Positions 47,701 to 58,030 of a stretch of 64,000 nt of DNA are shown here, one piece after another. Source of the DNA: Ignavibacteria bacterium (lineage in GTDB: Bacteria; Bacteroidota; Ignavibacteria; OLB7); assembly GCA_020635205.1 (NCBI GenBank), contig JACKAE010000001.1:128042-192041 (forward strand), in the 5' to 3' direction. Within the stretch, counting starts at the first letter, position 1. Every line of letters starts with the position of its first letter. A model generated the notes under the pieces. The model was not told the origin of the DNA. It saw only the letters and a list, made by a program, of their open reading frames with translations, and did no database searches. The position numbers were made by a program, and so were the translations under genes.

Positions 47701-47769
47701 AACTTAAGTGGTGGTAGCTGCTTGAACGATGAACTTCCATTTATGTTCAAAGTAACGGGACGGCCGTAA
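44722..47769 (+). CDS. 1015-aa secreted Gly-rich repeat (GTIGGG beta-helix-like) fibre/adhesin-like protein
   Basis: Signal peptide LLGVLIMFAFTMTSYGQ. A central ~650 aa of roughly 14-15-aa repeats [Y/H]GT[I/V]GGGxxNx[V/I]xxxx occurs more than 35 times. The C-terminal ~200 aa are non-repetitive. The reverse-strand ORFs over this region are repeat artefacts. Confidence 0.65.
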   Translation: MKRLSLISTTLLGVLIMFAFTMTSYGQTVESTIDIPGTISYQGLLTSPNGGAIDDGTYNITVTIYADEKGEEALWQQTYPTLVAGGLFNIYLGTPEHPLPGPDAMNRPLWVGTQVAGSAELRPLTPLTSSPYALNVSDKAITARKLAEGAVTADKVDMNYVSEVRVDGKRVTGKGSVLNLESGKDISLNYDAVTGSVKIESAHTATGTHKGEDGASLQGLNDAWGGQGDQLDPGTHNLVLPAAGDWLGTSNNVIMEIKTWGTTAMRYQTSAAGVTPNVIGGNIANVVVATSVGSVIDGGGSGGFVFNFINGDYDALGGGDNNAIGTAANAYNYSTLGGGQGNSIQNNWATLAGGAVNTVSGAYGTVSGGQSNSVTTTHGTVGGGLINVVNANYGTIGGGDHNLVTALAGTIGGGEDHEVNDIYGTVGGGFANIIAAGAPYGTIAGGTMNTVNNQNGTIGGGNTNTVSGDFGTVSGGGTNTVTAPEGVVAGGTANNVSAAQGSIGGGTANTVTAAQGTIGGGSGNNVNLPQGTIGGGAGNNINGPLGTVGGGFNNHVNQQLGTIGGGQDNLINNMYGSVLGGQNNHINADYGSIGGGHDNIIHPMGVSGTIGGGQINMLDGDHATIGGGMGNNIMPLGLFATIGGGIGNMVDGDRATIGGGEANNIVGPSSFSTIGGGQANLIDVQHGTIAGGEGNNVMAGGMYGSIGGGQVNHVDVQHGTIGGGEANNVIAAGMHGTIGGGQANLVDVQHGTVGGGEVNNVIAGAFHGTIGGGQANLVDAQHGTVGGGEANAITAAPYGTIPGGDNLNVANSYAQTAVGFFNAPRGAVGIRPAPVALTDDPLFMVGNGDWAGGVPVRTNAFEVSYNGHSVIYDVNGSGGATVFPGRPAIKGATYVDNVIYGWADVPATAGGAGTVVVPNDDFGVATIVKGAAVGEYIVTLNVTDPVTGLPVTLLNASITATLVDDPVGSVTCGSITTTRIGTFGANSFKIQTFNLSGGSCLNDELPFMFKVTGRP
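46738..47100 (+). repeat. four near-identical 90-nt tandem DNA repeats inside the repeat-protein gene
   Basis: Unit caggcaaaccttgtggatgtacagcatggcacagttggtggtggtgaggtaaacaacgtgattgcaggtgc...cacggcacgattggtggtggc, encoding GTIGGGQANLVDVQHGTVGGGEVNNVIAGAFH. Copies differ at only a few positions. Confidence 0.8.
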
Positions 47770-47802
47770 TCCCTATCCTTTATCCCCCCCTAAGCGGTCG
47801 TA

Positions 47803-47842
47803 GAACATCCCCCCACAACAAAACTGTTGTGGGGGGATGTTC
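47803..47842 (+). terminator. strong stem-loop (terminator candidate) after the repeat-protein gene
   Basis: GAACATCCCCCCACAACA aaac TGTTGTGGGGGGATGTTC is a perfect 18-bp stem. It lies 34 nt after the stop. There is no obvious U-tract. Confidence 0.5.
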
Positions 47843-47962
47843 CTATAAATAGCCCTACATACATGGGGTCATTGAATGTTGACACACTGTTCAATCTTCT
47901 CTCTTGGCTTCTCACTATCTTCAATTTCTAATTCTTTATAGAATACATGAACGATAGAGATA

Positions 47963-49006
47963 ATGCCAAACGATCAACAACACTCACTTCTCCTTCGCGC
48001 TCTTCGTGGTGAATCTGTGGAACGCTCTCCAGTCTGGATGATGCGTCAAGCGGGACGGTATCTTCCTGAGTACCGGGCAATTCGGGCGACAACAAATTTT
48101 CTTAGTCTCTGCCGAACGCCTGACCTTGCCGCGGAAGTCACAATTCAGCCAGTAGATATTGTCGGGGTCGACGCAGCGATTATTTTCAGCGATATTCTGG
48201 TTATTCCGGAAGCGATGGGAATGTACCTCGTAGTTGAAGAAGGGAAAGGAGGTCCACGCTTTCCAGAACCGCTTCGTTCGGTTGAGGCGATTACAAGGTT
48301 ACAATCAGAGGTGTCCAACCGTCTCGACTACGTCTACAACGCGATTAGTGAGACCAAGCGGCGGTTGCAGGGAAGAGTTCCTGTGATTGGCTTTGCTGGT
48401 GCTCCCTTGACGTTGGCCGCCTATATGGTTGAAGGGCATGGCTCAAAGACTTTTAACACCTTCAAGAGCTTCCTCTTTTCAGAACCAGAGGCTGCCCATC
48501 AACTGCTGGAGAAGCTATCGAAGGAGCTTATAGAGTATTTGATCGGCCAGGCAAAAGCTGGGGCAAATATGCTTCAGCTTTTCGATACGTGGGCGGGATT
48601 GTTACCTGAAGAAGAGTACCGCACCTTTGGTCTACGCCACGCATCAACAGTTCTCAGTGCCGTTCGTGAGGCAATTCCCGACATTCCAACTCTCTATTTT
48701 CCGAAAGGGGTTCGCAGCTACGATGGTTTTGCCGCGTTAGGAGCCTCTGGGTTTGGCATAGATTGGGCTACTGATCTTACTCGTGCCAATCGGGAAATAC
48801 CCGCAGGATTTGCTCTGCAAGGTAACCTTGACCCAGCCATCCTACTAACTTCTCCCGAAAACATTCGAGAATCTACCGAGCAAATGCTTTCAAAGATACC
48901 TGTTGGTCGTCCCTACGTAGCAAATCTTGGCCACGGTATTGACAAAGATACTCCCGTAGATAATGCCCGAGCATTTGTCCAAGCAGTCAAGGAATTTCAC
49001 AGATAG
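47963..49006 (+). CDS. hemE: uroporphyrinogen decarboxylase
   Basis: Canonical N-terminus LLRALRGESVERSPVWMMRQAGRYLPEYR and full-length (347 aa) collinear HemE architecture. Confidence 0.9.
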   Translation: MPNDQQHSLLLRALRGESVERSPVWMMRQAGRYLPEYRAIRATTNFLSLCRTPDLAAEVTIQPVDIVGVDAAIIFSDILVIPEAMGMYLVVEEGKGGPRFPEPLRSVEAITRLQSEVSNRLDYVYNAISETKRRLQGRVPVIGFAGAPLTLAAYMVEGHGSKTFNTFKSFLFSEPEAAHQLLEKLSKELIEYLIGQAKAGANMLQLFDTWAGLLPEEEYRTFGLRHASTVLSAVREAIPDIPTLYFPKGVRSYDGFAALGASGFGIDWATDLTRANREIPAGFALQGNLDPAILLTSPENIRESTEQMLSKIPVGRPYVANLGHGIDKDTPVDNARAFVQAVKEFHR

Positions 49007-49122
49007 TTGTCAGCGATTGAGAGTGTAGAGACTTTTTCGGGATGGTCTTGTGAAAGATGATGGAATTCCTCATCTTGTTCGATGACGGTGGTGGCATATA
49101 TTGGGCAGCAATTGTAATCTGA

Positions 49123-50298
49123 TTGCACTGCGTTTCTTACAGGCACTTCGCGGGTTGTTCAAATCTCTACAGTGTCGGCTTCCGACATCAACGAAAACGT
49201 ATCAAGGATTTTTTTGGAGTAGGTGTGCATCACGATATTGGGTGGTGGATAGGATTTCACATTCTTGTGATAGGACTTCTTGCTCTTGATCTCGGTGTTT
49301 TCCATCGGAAAGCACATGAAGTCAAGACAAAAGAGGCTGCTATCTGGAGTGTGGTCTGGATTACACTATCCCTATCGTTTAACCTCTTTATTTACCTTGA
49401 GTGGGGGGGGAAAGCTGGGACAGAGTTCTTGACAGGTTACTTGATTGAGAAGTCTCTATCTGTTGATAACCTCTTCATATTTGTCCTGATTTTTAGCTAC
49501 TTCAAGGTTCCCTCCCGTTACCAACATCGGATTCTTTTTTGGGGTATTCTCGGCGCACTCCTGATGCGTGCCTCGTTGATAGGGATTGGAGCCTTCCTGT
49601 TAGAGCGATTCCATTGGATCATGTATGTGTTCGGTGCGTTTTTGGTCTTTACTGGAATCCGAATGGGATTGGAGAAGGGGCACGATCTGGAGGTGGAACA
49701 CAATCCTTTGATTCGGTTGCTTCGAAAACGATTTCCTGTCACCGAAACCTATCACGATCAGAAGTTCTTTGTCAAGCAGTTCGGCAAGACATTTATCACG
49801 CCAATGCTTGTAGTTCTTGTGTTAATCGAGAGTACCGATCTTCTTTTCGCTCTCGACTCGATTCCTGCAATCTTTGCTATTACAGACGATACGTACATTG
49901 TCTACACATCGAACATTTTTGCCATTCTTGGCTTGCGATCACTCTACTTCCTCTTGGCAAATGTCATCACAAAATTCTATTACCTTCGTTTTGGCTTGGC
50001 CTTGATTTTGGTATACATTGGCGTGAAGATGTTGCTAACGTTCTTCCAAATCGAGATACCAACAGCTATTTCGTTGGTTGTTGTGGGAGTTGTTCTGGCA
50101 CTTTCATCTCTGATTTCCGTCCTCTACCCACGTGATCCAGAAAAACTATCGGAATCACTTTCGAGTAGTTTGGGGCAGCCCGAAACGTTCTCTTCTATCG
50201 ATGGAACTGGGGCTGTTGTCGAAGCATCTCCTTCAATGCCCACAACGTTAGTGCAAGAGGGAGAAGGGGAGGCTCAAGGAGAACAACATCCAGGCTAA
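49123..50298 (+). CDS. TerC-family integral membrane protein
   Basis: TerC helices with the conserved [12 protein letters not shown] and [10 protein letters not shown] motifs. The start is uncertain. The first Met gives an atypical Cys-rich leader, and a GTG near 49221 is plausible. Confidence 0.7.
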   Translation: MHCVSYRHFAGCSNLYSVGFRHQRKRIKDFFGVGVHHDIGWWIGFHILVIGLLALDLGVFHRKAHEVKTKEAAIWSVVWITLSLSFNLFIYLEWGGKAGTEFLTGYLIEKSLSVDNLFIFVLIFSYFKVPSRYQHRILFWGILGALLMRASLIGIGAFLLERFHWIMYVFGAFLVFTGIRMGLEKGHDLEVEHNPLIRLLRKRFPVTETYHDQKFFVKQFGKTFITPMLVVLVLIESTDLLFALDSIPAIFAITDDTYIVYTSNIFAILGLRSLYFLLANVITKFYYLRFGLALILVYIGVKMLLTFFQIEIPTAISLVVVGVVLALSSLISVLYPRDPEKLSESLSSSLGQPETFSSIDGTGAVVEASPSMPTTLVQEGEGEAQGEQHPG

Positions 50299-50338
50299 TT
50301 TAATTTCTATCTCTTCTCAAAGTATACCACAGGAATAC

Positions 50339-51178
50339 ATGACTGAGCATTTACAGCAACGCATCGAAGAACTTTCTCTGCTAACTGGGGATTCTTTCCC
50401 TATTGATGAGGCAAATAGACTTTTCACGGAATTGCGGGAAGAGCTAAATAGGGGAGCGATTCGCTCTGCCGAGCCAGATGGTGTCGGGGGGTGGAAGACA
50501 AATACGTGGGTGAAGAAGGGGATCCTTCTCGGATTCCGAGCCGGTTCTTTAGGGGATTCCTCTCTCGGTGGATTCCCTTTTTTCGATAAAGCAAATCTTC
50601 CTTTGCGTAAGCTCTCCCTTGCCGACAATGTTCGACTTGTGCCGGGGGGATCCGCAATTCGTGATGGAGCCTATGTTGCGCCGGGTGTTATCTGTATGCC
50701 CCCAATGTATATCAACATCGGAGCGTATGTTGATCAAGGAAGTATGGTGGATTCTCACGCATTGGTGGGAACCTGCGCGCAGATTGGCAAAGGAGTACAC
50801 CTGAGTGCAGCCTCACAGATTGGCGGAGTGCTTGAACCGGTCGGTGCAAATCCTGTGATTATCGAAGATGAAGTTTTAATCGGTGGGAACTGTGGTGTTT
50901 ATGAGGGAACAATTGTGAAGCGGAGAGCTGTTCTCGCCAGTGGAGTTGTTCTAACAGCATCCTCACGGGTTTACGATGTTGTCCACAACCGGATGCTGAG
51001 TGCTACAGCAGAACAACCATTAGTAATTCCAGAAGGTGCTGTCGTAGTGATGGGAAGCCGCGGCATTAAAGGAGATTTTGCTACCGAACATGGCTTATCC
51101 CTCTCAACACCAATTATTGTCAAGTATCGGGATGAGAAAACCGATGCCCGGACAGCAATGGAAGAAGCGTTGCGCTAA
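50339..51178 (+). CDS. dapD: 2,3,4,5-tetrahydropyridine-2,6-dicarboxylate N-succinyltransferase
   Basis: N-terminal helical domain, then left-handed beta-helix hexapeptide repeats ([41 protein letters not shown]) characteristic of DapD. Confidence 0.85.
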   Translation: MTEHLQQRIEELSLLTGDSFPIDEANRLFTELREELNRGAIRSAEPDGVGGWKTNTWVKKGILLGFRAGSLGDSSLGGFPFFDKANLPLRKLSLADNVRLVPGGSAIRDGAYVAPGVICMPPMYINIGAYVDQGSMVDSHALVGTCAQIGKGVHLSAASQIGGVLEPVGANPVIIEDEVLIGGNCGVYEGTIVKRRAVLASGVVLTASSRVYDVVHNRMLSATAEQPLVIPEGAVVVMGSRGIKGDFATEHGLSLSTPIIVKYRDEKTDARTAMEEALR

Positions 51179-51280
51179 GTTGAAGAGGCTATCAGTGAGT
51201 TAGGTTGGTTTGCGACACGCGCATGTGCCTTCAACTCTATCCAGCAAATAAGGGCATAGCCAAACAGAACGAATAAAAAA

Positions 51281-51311
51281 GGAGTGCCACTCAATAGTTG
51301 AGTGGCACTCC
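51281..51311. terminator. bidirectional rho-independent terminator
   Basis: AAAAAA GGAGTGCCACTCAA tag TTGAGTGGCACTCC TTGCATT. Perfect 14-bp stem between the convergent dapD (+) and LTXXQ-protein (-) genes. Confidence 0.6.
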
Positions 51312-51350
51312 TTGCATTGTACTTACTTCTGTGGCACTGGCAGTAGAAGC

Positions 51351-51737
51351 CTATTTGCTCTTCAGTGCTTGCAGTCTCTTCCGTTGTTCCGGTGTCAGAA
51401 CGGCTAAGTAGTTCTTCTTGAACTTGTTTAGTAGGAGTGTCAATGAGATCTCTTCGTCAGCGATTTTTTCCAGCACTGCTTTGATTTCCTGTTGACTTGC
51501 TTCATCCTTTTCCAACTGCTTTCGTTCCGATTGCAGAGCTTTAATGCGTGCTTTGATCGGAGCAATGTCAGTATTAAAGGTTTCGCGCAGCTCCTTGATT
51601 TGCTCTTTCTGTTGCGAGGTCAGGTTCAGTTGGCTTTCAACTGACTCATCATCCTGACTCCAAGCAACGCCCGAACCGAGAATCATCATCAAGAGAGCTA
51701 CTGTCAGTCCCTTCCATCGTTTGCTTTGCCAATACAT
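51351..51737 (-). CDS. periplasmic LTXXQ-motif (Spy/CpxP-like) protein
   Basis: Signal peptide MYWQSKRWKGLTVALLMMILGSGVAWSQ (start at 51737). LTSQQKEQIKEL and LTPEQRKRLQAL are LTXXQ repeats in an all-helical protein. Confidence 0.5.
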   Translation of the reverse strand: MYWQSKRWKGLTVALLMMILGSGVAWSQDDESVESQLNLTSQQKEQIKELRETFNTDIAPIKARIKALQSERKQLEKDEASQQEIKAVLEKIADEEISLTLLLNKFKKNYLAVLTPEQRKRLQALKSK

Positions 51738-51942
51738 TTGTGGATTCTCCCGTGTCAAATGATATAATGCATGTTTCAAAATATACACAACTTTGCGTCG
51801 AAGCCGCACGAGATTTTTTTCTTCTCAAATTTCCTCTTGTCGAGGTTGCTTCGGTCATGCTCTTGGCATGATGGGGGGCTATGACCAGATGCCCCGAAGG
51901 GGGTTTAACAGATATCCGCCAACTTCCCTTGTTTATTAGATA

Positions 51943-54441
51943 CTACGAAACTCTTTCCACTTTTTGTTTGCGAGAGATCGGTTTCTTTCGCGTACCTGAG
52001 CCTTTTTTTGAGTGTGATCTGGCAACTCCATTCCCTTCAGGTTTTTTGGCGGCCCCTTGCCGGAAAACGTGAGGAACCGCTTCGGAGAGAAACTCAACTG
52101 GAATGATTTCCAAACCATCAGTCACTTTTGCGGGTATCTCAGACAGATCAACTTCATTTTCCTTTGGGATAATTACGGTTTTCATTTTTGCACGTTGTGC
52201 CGCCAGCAACTTCTCAGTTAGTCCGCCAATTGGCAGAATACGCCCTCGAAGCGTGATTTCGCCAGTCATTGCAACATCAGAGCGTACGGGACGACCAGAG
52301 GCTGCGGAGATCAAAGCGACTGCCATTGTAATTCCTGCTGAGGGTCCATCTTTGGGAATTGCTCCTTCGGGTACGTGAATATGTACTTCCCGTTCTTTGC
52401 TAAAGTGTTCTGGGATACCCAAGGTCTCAGTATTAGCTCGAATATAGGTTAACGCTGCTGCCGAGGATTCTTTCATCACATCCCCGAGTTGACCGGTTAA
52501 GGTCAATCGCTCATTACCAGGAACTATAGATACTTCTATCATAAGCGTATCGCCTCCTGTCGGAGTCCAGGCCAGTCCGGTAGCTGCACCAACAAAATCT
52601 TCCTTTTCTGAGGCTCGATTACGAAAGCGAGGAATCTTCAAGTATTGTTCTACCAGTTCTGGAGTAATGCTGATCAACGTTGTGTTCGGCTTGTTCCGAG
52701 GTGTCTCGTTTTTCTTTCCGCTGACTCCACCTGTTTTCTTTTGGGAAACGAGATGCCGAGCAACTTTACGGCAGACCGCTGCAATCTCTCGCTCAAGGTT
52801 ACGCACACCTGCCTCGGAAGTGTATTCGCGGATGATCTTTAGCAACCCCTCATCAGTAAACTCTACAGATTGATTTCCCAGTCCATGTTCCTGCAATTGA
52901 ATTGGGACGATGTGGCGCTTTGCGATTTCTAATTTGTCGTGTTCGAGATAGCCATTAAGTCGGATAATCTCCATACGATCCTGCAATGGGAGAGGAATGT
53001 TGTGCAAGACGTTTGCCGTTGCGATGAAGAGAACGTGCGAGAGATCGTAGTCAACCTCTAAGTAGTGATCGTTGAAGGCAATGTTCTGTTCAGGATCAAG
53101 CACTTCCAGCATAGCCGACGAGGGATCCCCCCGAAAGTCCATGCTCATCTTGTCGATCTCATCCAATAACATTACTGGATTTATCGTGCCAGCACGTTTC
53201 ATCGACTGGATAACTCTTCCCGGCATCGAACCAATGTATGTGCGGCGATGGCCTCGAATCTCAGCTTCATCTCGAACACCACCTAAAGAAACTCGAATGA
53301 ATTTCCGACCGAGTGCTCGTGCAATAGATTTTCCTAACGATGTCTTTCCGACTCCGGGAGGACCTACAAAGCAGAGAATTTGTCCTCGCATTTCTCGGAC
53401 GAGATTCAACACGGCAATGTGTTCAAGAATTCGATCTTTCGGCTTCTCCAGCCCGTAGTGATCTTCATCCAGAATCTCCTTTACGTGGTCGATATCCAGT
53501 TTGTCGCGCGTTCTTTTTGACCACGGAACTGCAGTAACCCACTCAAGATAGTTTCGGTTAACGGCGAACTCGGGCGACATCATTGGTGTCTTTCGCAACT
53601 TATCAAGCTCTTCGTAGGCTTTTGTCTCTACTTCCTTCGGCATCTTTGCCTTCTCGATAGAGTCTCGAAGTTTCGCCAGCTCAGGAGATACTTCTCCAAC
53701 TTCTTCTTCCAGTTCGTTCTGTAGTGCCCGAATCTGTTCCTGTATAATGAACTGGCGCTGCGATTTCTGAATTGTGTCTTGGACTTTCGAGTCGATCTCT
53801 TGTTCCAACTTCAATATCTCAATCTCTTCGTTCAGAAGCTTGACCAGTTCCATGTACTGTTCTTTCGCTTCTGTTGCTTCGAGAATGCGCTGCTTCGACT
53901 CGGTGCTATTCCCCAGATTACCGGCCACAAAGTAGAGGCGACGAATTGGGTCGTCAATGCTGTCGAACGTTGCAAGCATTTCTGGTGGCATCTCCTGATG
54001 GAGCCGGATATATTCTTGGAAAAGATAGGCGACCTGACGCTGAAGAGCTTTCATCTTGTTGTCGGCAGGAACTGTCGGCTTAACAACCGCAACTGCTGCC
54101 TCCATATACTCTCCGTTGAACGCAATCTCTCGGATGACGGCTTGTGACTCTCCTTCCACGAGAATGCGCATCAGACCATTCGGGAGACGGAGCATCTGCG
54201 CAATCTTTGCAATCGTCCCCGAACGGTAGACATCATCTTCAAACGGCTCGTCGACCTCTGGGTTCTGTTGTGTGACAAGAAGGATTTCTTTATCCTGATT
54301 CAGTGCCTCTGTGGCTGCCTTCAGTGATGACTCACGACCAACCAATACTGGGAAGATCATGTTCGGAAAAATGACGACATCACGAAGGGGTAAAACAGGA
54401 AGTGTGATTATGTTTTCAGCTTTGGAACGTCTTGAACTCAT
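51943..54441 (-). CDS. lon: ATP-dependent Lon protease (LonA)
   Basis: N-terminal LON domain, AAA+ Walker [11 protein letters not shown]-terminal proteolytic domain with [21 protein letters not shown] (catalytic Ser). Start at MSSRRSK (54441). Lys-rich C-terminal tail. Confidence 0.9.
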   Translation of the reverse strand: MSSRRSKAENIITLPVLPLRDVVIFPNMIFPVLVGRESSLKAATEALNQDKEILLVTQQNPEVDEPFEDDVYRSGTIAKIAQMLRLPNGLMRILVEGESQAVIREIAFNGEYMEAAVAVVKPTVPADNKMKALQRQVAYLFQEYIRLHQEMPPEMLATFDSIDDPIRRLYFVAGNLGNSTESKQRILEATEAKEQYMELVKLLNEEIEILKLEQEIDSKVQDTIQKSQRQFIIQEQIRALQNELEEEVGEVSPELAKLRDSIEKAKMPKEVETKAYEELDKLRKTPMMSPEFAVNRNYLEWVTAVPWSKRTRDKLDIDHVKEILDEDHYGLEKPKDRILEHIAVLNLVREMRGQILCFVGPPGVGKTSLGKSIARALGRKFIRVSLGGVRDEAEIRGHRRTYIGSMPGRVIQSMKRAGTINPVMLLDEIDKMSMDFRGDPSSAMLEVLDPEQNIAFNDHYLEVDYDLSHVLFIATANVLHNIPLPLQDRMEIIRLNGYLEHDKLEIAKRHIVPIQLQEHGLGNQSVEFTDEGLLKIIREYTSEAGVRNLEREIAAVCRKVARHLVSQKKTGGVSGKKNETPRNKPNTTLISITPELVEQYLKIPRFRNRASEKEDFVGAATGLAWTPTGGDTLMIEVSIVPGNERLTLTGQLGDVMKESSAAALTYIRANTETLGIPEHFSKEREVHIHVPEGAIPKDGPSAGITMAVALISAASGRPVRSDVAMTGEITLRGRILPIGGLTEKLLAAQRAKMKTVIIPKENEVDLSEIPAKVTDGLEIIPVEFLSEAVPHVFRQGAAKKPEGNGVARSHSKKGSGTRKKPISRKQKVERVS

Positions 54442-54655
54442 GTAATACAGCTCTCTACAAATATGACACAGGGGCTTCGCCTGCAGTAACAGTAGCATCG
54501 GCACACAATATAGGAATATGCACCGGAGTCACCCATCCAGAATGTCTGTTTGCTGAATGCAAAAGTGACTTCTCTACCCACTTCCATAAAAGTCTCACAA
54601 TCGAAGTAACCATTCCCATACTCCTGTGTATGTTTGTGTAGCACGTTCCTGAGAT

Positions 54656-55228
54656 ATGAAAGAAGAACCAACCATACGGCAAGAAGATCGCTCCGATAAC
54701 GAGCTTTTTCTCTCCGCTCAGCAAGGGGATGTTCAGGCCTTCAACGAAATTTTCAGACGGTACGAAAAGAAGGTCTACGTCTACTGCATGAGAGTCCTCT
54801 ACGATGAGGAAATGGCGCATGATGCCTTCCAAGAGGCTTTTATGCGCCTTTATGAGCATCGGCAGACATATGATGGACGAAACTTTATGGTCTGGTTCTT
54901 TACGATCATTCGGAATGTTTGTCTGAATATGCGGCGAAACAAAAAACAGACCGTGCCGTTTGAGACCTCGATTGCAGATACTTCCCCCGCTCGTATCAAA
55001 GATGTCGCACTCTACGAAGAGGTTGCCGCAGCATTGAAGCGGCTCCCAGACGACTATCGAGAAGCAATCGTACTATATGAATATGATGGCTATGCGTATA
55101 AGGAGATTGCGGAGATCACCAGTGTTTCAATTGCTACGGTGAAGATTCGCATCTACCGAGCAAGAAAGATGTTGCGGTCACTTCTTTTCCCTGTGGTACA
55201 CGATCACGATAATGACAAAAGTCGATAA
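54656..55228 (+). CDS. ECF (group IV) RNA polymerase sigma-70 factor
   Basis: Region 2 (FNEIFRRYEKKVYVYCMRVLYDEEMAHDAFQEAFMRL) and region 4 (YREAIVLYEYDGYAYKEIAEITSVSIATVKIRIYRARKML). Confidence 0.8.
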   Translation: MKEEPTIRQEDRSDNELFLSAQQGDVQAFNEIFRRYEKKVYVYCMRVLYDEEMAHDAFQEAFMRLYEHRQTYDGRNFMVWFFTIIRNVCLNMRRNKKQTVPFETSIADTSPARIKDVALYEEVAAALKRLPDDYREAIVLYEYDGYAYKEIAEITSVSIATVKIRIYRARKMLRSLLFPVVHDHDNDKSR

Positions 55229-56894
55229 CTATCTTGAAAAATATCTCGACGGATCAATTTCCGACCGAGAACTTCAGCAGTTCCGCGATCTTCTGGATGC
55301 CGAACCGCGACTTCATAGTGAGCTTTCCAAAACTCTTGAGTTGCGTTCAATTATCCACGACGATTTGTTGGCACTGAGGCCTCCAGAACATCTCTCCGAG
55401 TTTGTCAGAGAGAATCTTGCTGAGCAGTTTGCTGCCTTAGCCACCGAAGAAGAAGAGAGACGCCCTCCTCTATTCTTTACAGGTCGGCTTGCAGGTTCAT
55501 CTCTGGTAGCTATGGTTGCACTTGTGCTGATTGCACTTGCTCCTACTTGGATTGCTCCTTCGGGTGGAGATCGTTTGGCAGCGTTTGTTGATGGAGGAAT
55601 TCCCGAACAATCTCTCGCTGATGCGGCCTCTCAACAAGTAGATGTTTCCTCACCTCAGATACCTGTGAATCCAACGTTGGCAGGATCAGAGTTGACAGGA
55701 TCAGAAAAAGCTAACATCTCTGGTGCGCAGCCAAGAAGCAGAACGGCATCTGTTGCTACGCTTCCTTCTCTTCAAAACGACGTTGTTGCCAACTCAAACG
55801 ATCCGTCGATTCTAAGTGAAGAGGGGAGCGAGGCACAATCAGTAGATCCTTTAGATGCAGAGATAGCAGCACCAGCAGTTGCGCTGGGCAATATCTTAGA
55901 TGATGAGGGGAATTCCTCCGATGAATTGATTGTTGAAAGTGCGTTGGCTTCGAACTTCCAGTCACGACAACTTGGTTTGATGGGACAGGATCCCAATCAA
56001 GCCTTCAGAGAGATGCGGACGAACTCCAATCTGTTCGAGAAGGCCGACATTGTAGACCACGCTGCTGAGTCCTTTAATCAGTTAGCTAATGGTGATATAG
56101 AGGCTTCCAGATCACGTTCAGATCGTTCACTTCCAAGTTTAGACGGGAACGAAAACCGACGCCGAATTATGTTCGGCGGTACATTAGCTTCTGGTCTGAC
56201 AACCAGAGAGTCAACATTTTCTGTTCAAGGATCAGCCTACATGGCAATGACATTGGGAGAGGGGAGTCGAATTGGTTTAGAGGGGGGGAGTGCGATGTTC
56301 AGCTATCGGAAGGTAGTAGCAGTACAGACCAGAACAGTGCCGACTGAAGTTTTTGGTCGGCGGACAGTTGATCGGGGAGAGCTTCAAGGATCAGAGGCGA
56401 GCCTTTCAGGCGAAACGTTCCGTGCAGGAGGAATAGGGGGGCCAGCAGGGGATGAGTCGAATAGTGGAAGAGCAACTGATGTTCCAAACGAAACGGATCC
56501 AACTAATCGTGGAGATGGTTTCGGGTCAAGAGATTGGAAGTCGACACAGCTTCTCGGTGGGGGAAGCTCCATTGTTCAGCCTGTTGGTGGCAAGGGTGAT
56601 GTTCACTACGATTATCGATCATATGAAGCCGAGACTTCGATGATCTACGGTCTCGTTTTCTACGATCATACAGTTACGTCGCTCAATAAGAAGCTGAACA
56701 TCAACGGCCGTATTGGCGTTGGGGGGGCTGATGGAGGTATCGTCCTAAATGCAAGGGCATATGCAGCAATTTCAACCCATGAGAATGTTGCTTGGACGCT
56801 TGGTGTGGGAGGCTCTATGCTCCACGATTTCGCGAACGATGTCGACTTCAATGCGAACTATGGTGTCAATGCTGGTGTAGAACTTGGGTTCTGA
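55212..56894 (+). CDS. anti-sigma factor-like single-pass membrane protein with C-terminal beta-rich domain
   Basis: Overlaps the sigma gene by 17 nt. N-terminal helical domain (YLDGSISDRELQQFRDLL), TM helix (LVAMVALVLIALAP), ~250-aa Ser/Ala/Glu-rich linker, C-terminal ~200 aa Gly/aromatic-rich domain ending GVELGF. Confidence 0.55.
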   Translation: MTKVDNYLEKYLDGSISDRELQQFRDLLDAEPRLHSELSKTLELRSIIHDDLLALRPPEHLSEFVRENLAEQFAALATEEEERRPPLFFTGRLAGSSLVAMVALVLIALAPTWIAPSGGDRLAAFVDGGIPEQSLADAASQQVDVSSPQIPVNPTLAGSELTGSEKANISGAQPRSRTASVATLPSLQNDVVANSNDPSILSEEGSEAQSVDPLDAEIAAPAVALGNILDDEGNSSDELIVESALASNFQSRQLGLMGQDPNQAFREMRTNSNLFEKADIVDHAAESFNQLANGDIEASRSRSDRSLPSLDGNENRRRIMFGGTLASGLTTRESTFSVQGSAYMAMTLGEGSRIGLEGGSAMFSYRKVVAVQTRTVPTEVFGRRTVDRGELQGSEASLSGETFRAGGIGGPAGDESNSGRATDVPNETDPTNRGDGFGSRDWKSTQLLGGGSSIVQPVGGKGDVHYDYRSYEAETSMIYGLVFYDHTVTSLNKKLNINGRIGVGGADGGIVLNARAYAAISTHENVAWTLGVGGSMLHDFANDVDFNANYGVNAGVELGF

Positions 56895-57034
56895 GAGCAA
56901 AACGTGATAAACAAATAACAGAGGCGGGTACGATGAGCTTTTGCTGAGACGTCGTTCCCGCTTCTCTTTTTCATACTATTCGAAAGTTCCGTAAACGTAT
57001 CATTCACATTCATTGTAATTCCTACGCGGTCGCT

Positions 57035-57964
57035 ATGATGGCATACTCGGCAACAGCCCAGAAAGACCGTCACGGTCTGTTGATTTTCTCTATAGTCCTT
57101 CTGCTCTCTACCGTTCAGAGTGGCGAGGCACAGGGAGATGCGTTCCTTCAGCCATCTGGTGAAGGAGAGGCATGGCTCTCGGTCAGTTGGACAAGTACAC
57201 GTAACTACTACAACACAGAAGGAACTACTCGGATTTTCGACAGTGTGCGGACAACATTCACAAACTTCACCCTCGGTCTTTCTGCCGATTATGGTCTGTC
57301 GGATGATCTGGAGTTGAATCTTGAGTTGCCAATCGGATACTACACCCTTACCAGTGGTTCCCGGTTTCCCGACCGATCAATTTTTGCTCCGGCTTGGCTT
57401 GGTATAGGAGTAACGTACGGACGAGACTTTGGTGGATTGAGGGGAGCTGTCAGCTCGCTTGTGCGCATCCCCCCCGGTTTTCACGACGGTATTTACGATG
57501 ATCCGAACCACCCCACGTTTCTCAGCGATGGATATTTCCAACTTCTGAACTCATTGCATATCGCCTACAGTGGAGATGAGTTCTGGGTAAAAGGGTCGGT
57601 TGGGTATAACCTGCGAGGGGAAGAACCTGTCGATGAAATAGTCTACTCCGCAGAGGCGGGTGTAGCACGGGTGAAGGGGACGGGAGTTTTCATTGGCTTT
57701 GCTGGGGTGATCGCTACGGAAGACCCTTCACAACCTTTGCGTCCTTTCTATGCTGGTGCTTCCGCCGAGGAGAGTCTGCGCCAGGATGGAGGTATCGGGC
57801 GTTTTGCAACGATTGATCGCGAGACAAACTTCAGGTTGCGACCGGGTGGCTTTGTGAAGATCAACGATCATTTGAGCTTAAGTGCCCAATATCAGGTGAT
57901 GCTGTTCGGTATCAACACACTCAATCTCAACACATTCAATATCGCTGGAGGGTGGCGTTTTTAA
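57035..57964 (+). CDS. outer-membrane beta-barrel protein (hypothetical)
   Basis: Signal peptide LLIFSIVLLLSTVQSGEAQG, amphipathic beta-strand pattern, terminal aromatic NIAGGWRF. Confidence 0.5.
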   Translation: MMAYSATAQKDRHGLLIFSIVLLLSTVQSGEAQGDAFLQPSGEGEAWLSVSWTSTRNYYNTEGTTRIFDSVRTTFTNFTLGLSADYGLSDDLELNLELPIGYYTLTSGSRFPDRSIFAPAWLGIGVTYGRDFGGLRGAVSSLVRIPPGFHDGIYDDPNHPTFLSDGYFQLLNSLHIAYSGDEFWVKGSVGYNLRGEEPVDEIVYSAEAGVARVKGTGVFIGFAGVIATEDPSQPLRPFYAGASAEESLRQDGGIGRFATIDRETNFRLRPGGFVKINDHLSLSAQYQVMLFGINTLNLNTFNIAGGWRF

Positions 57965-58030
57965 CCCAATTGATTCTCGGGAAGAATGTAACTTCCCACG
58001 ACCCTAAGGCGTAACGAACGGGGTTTGTGA

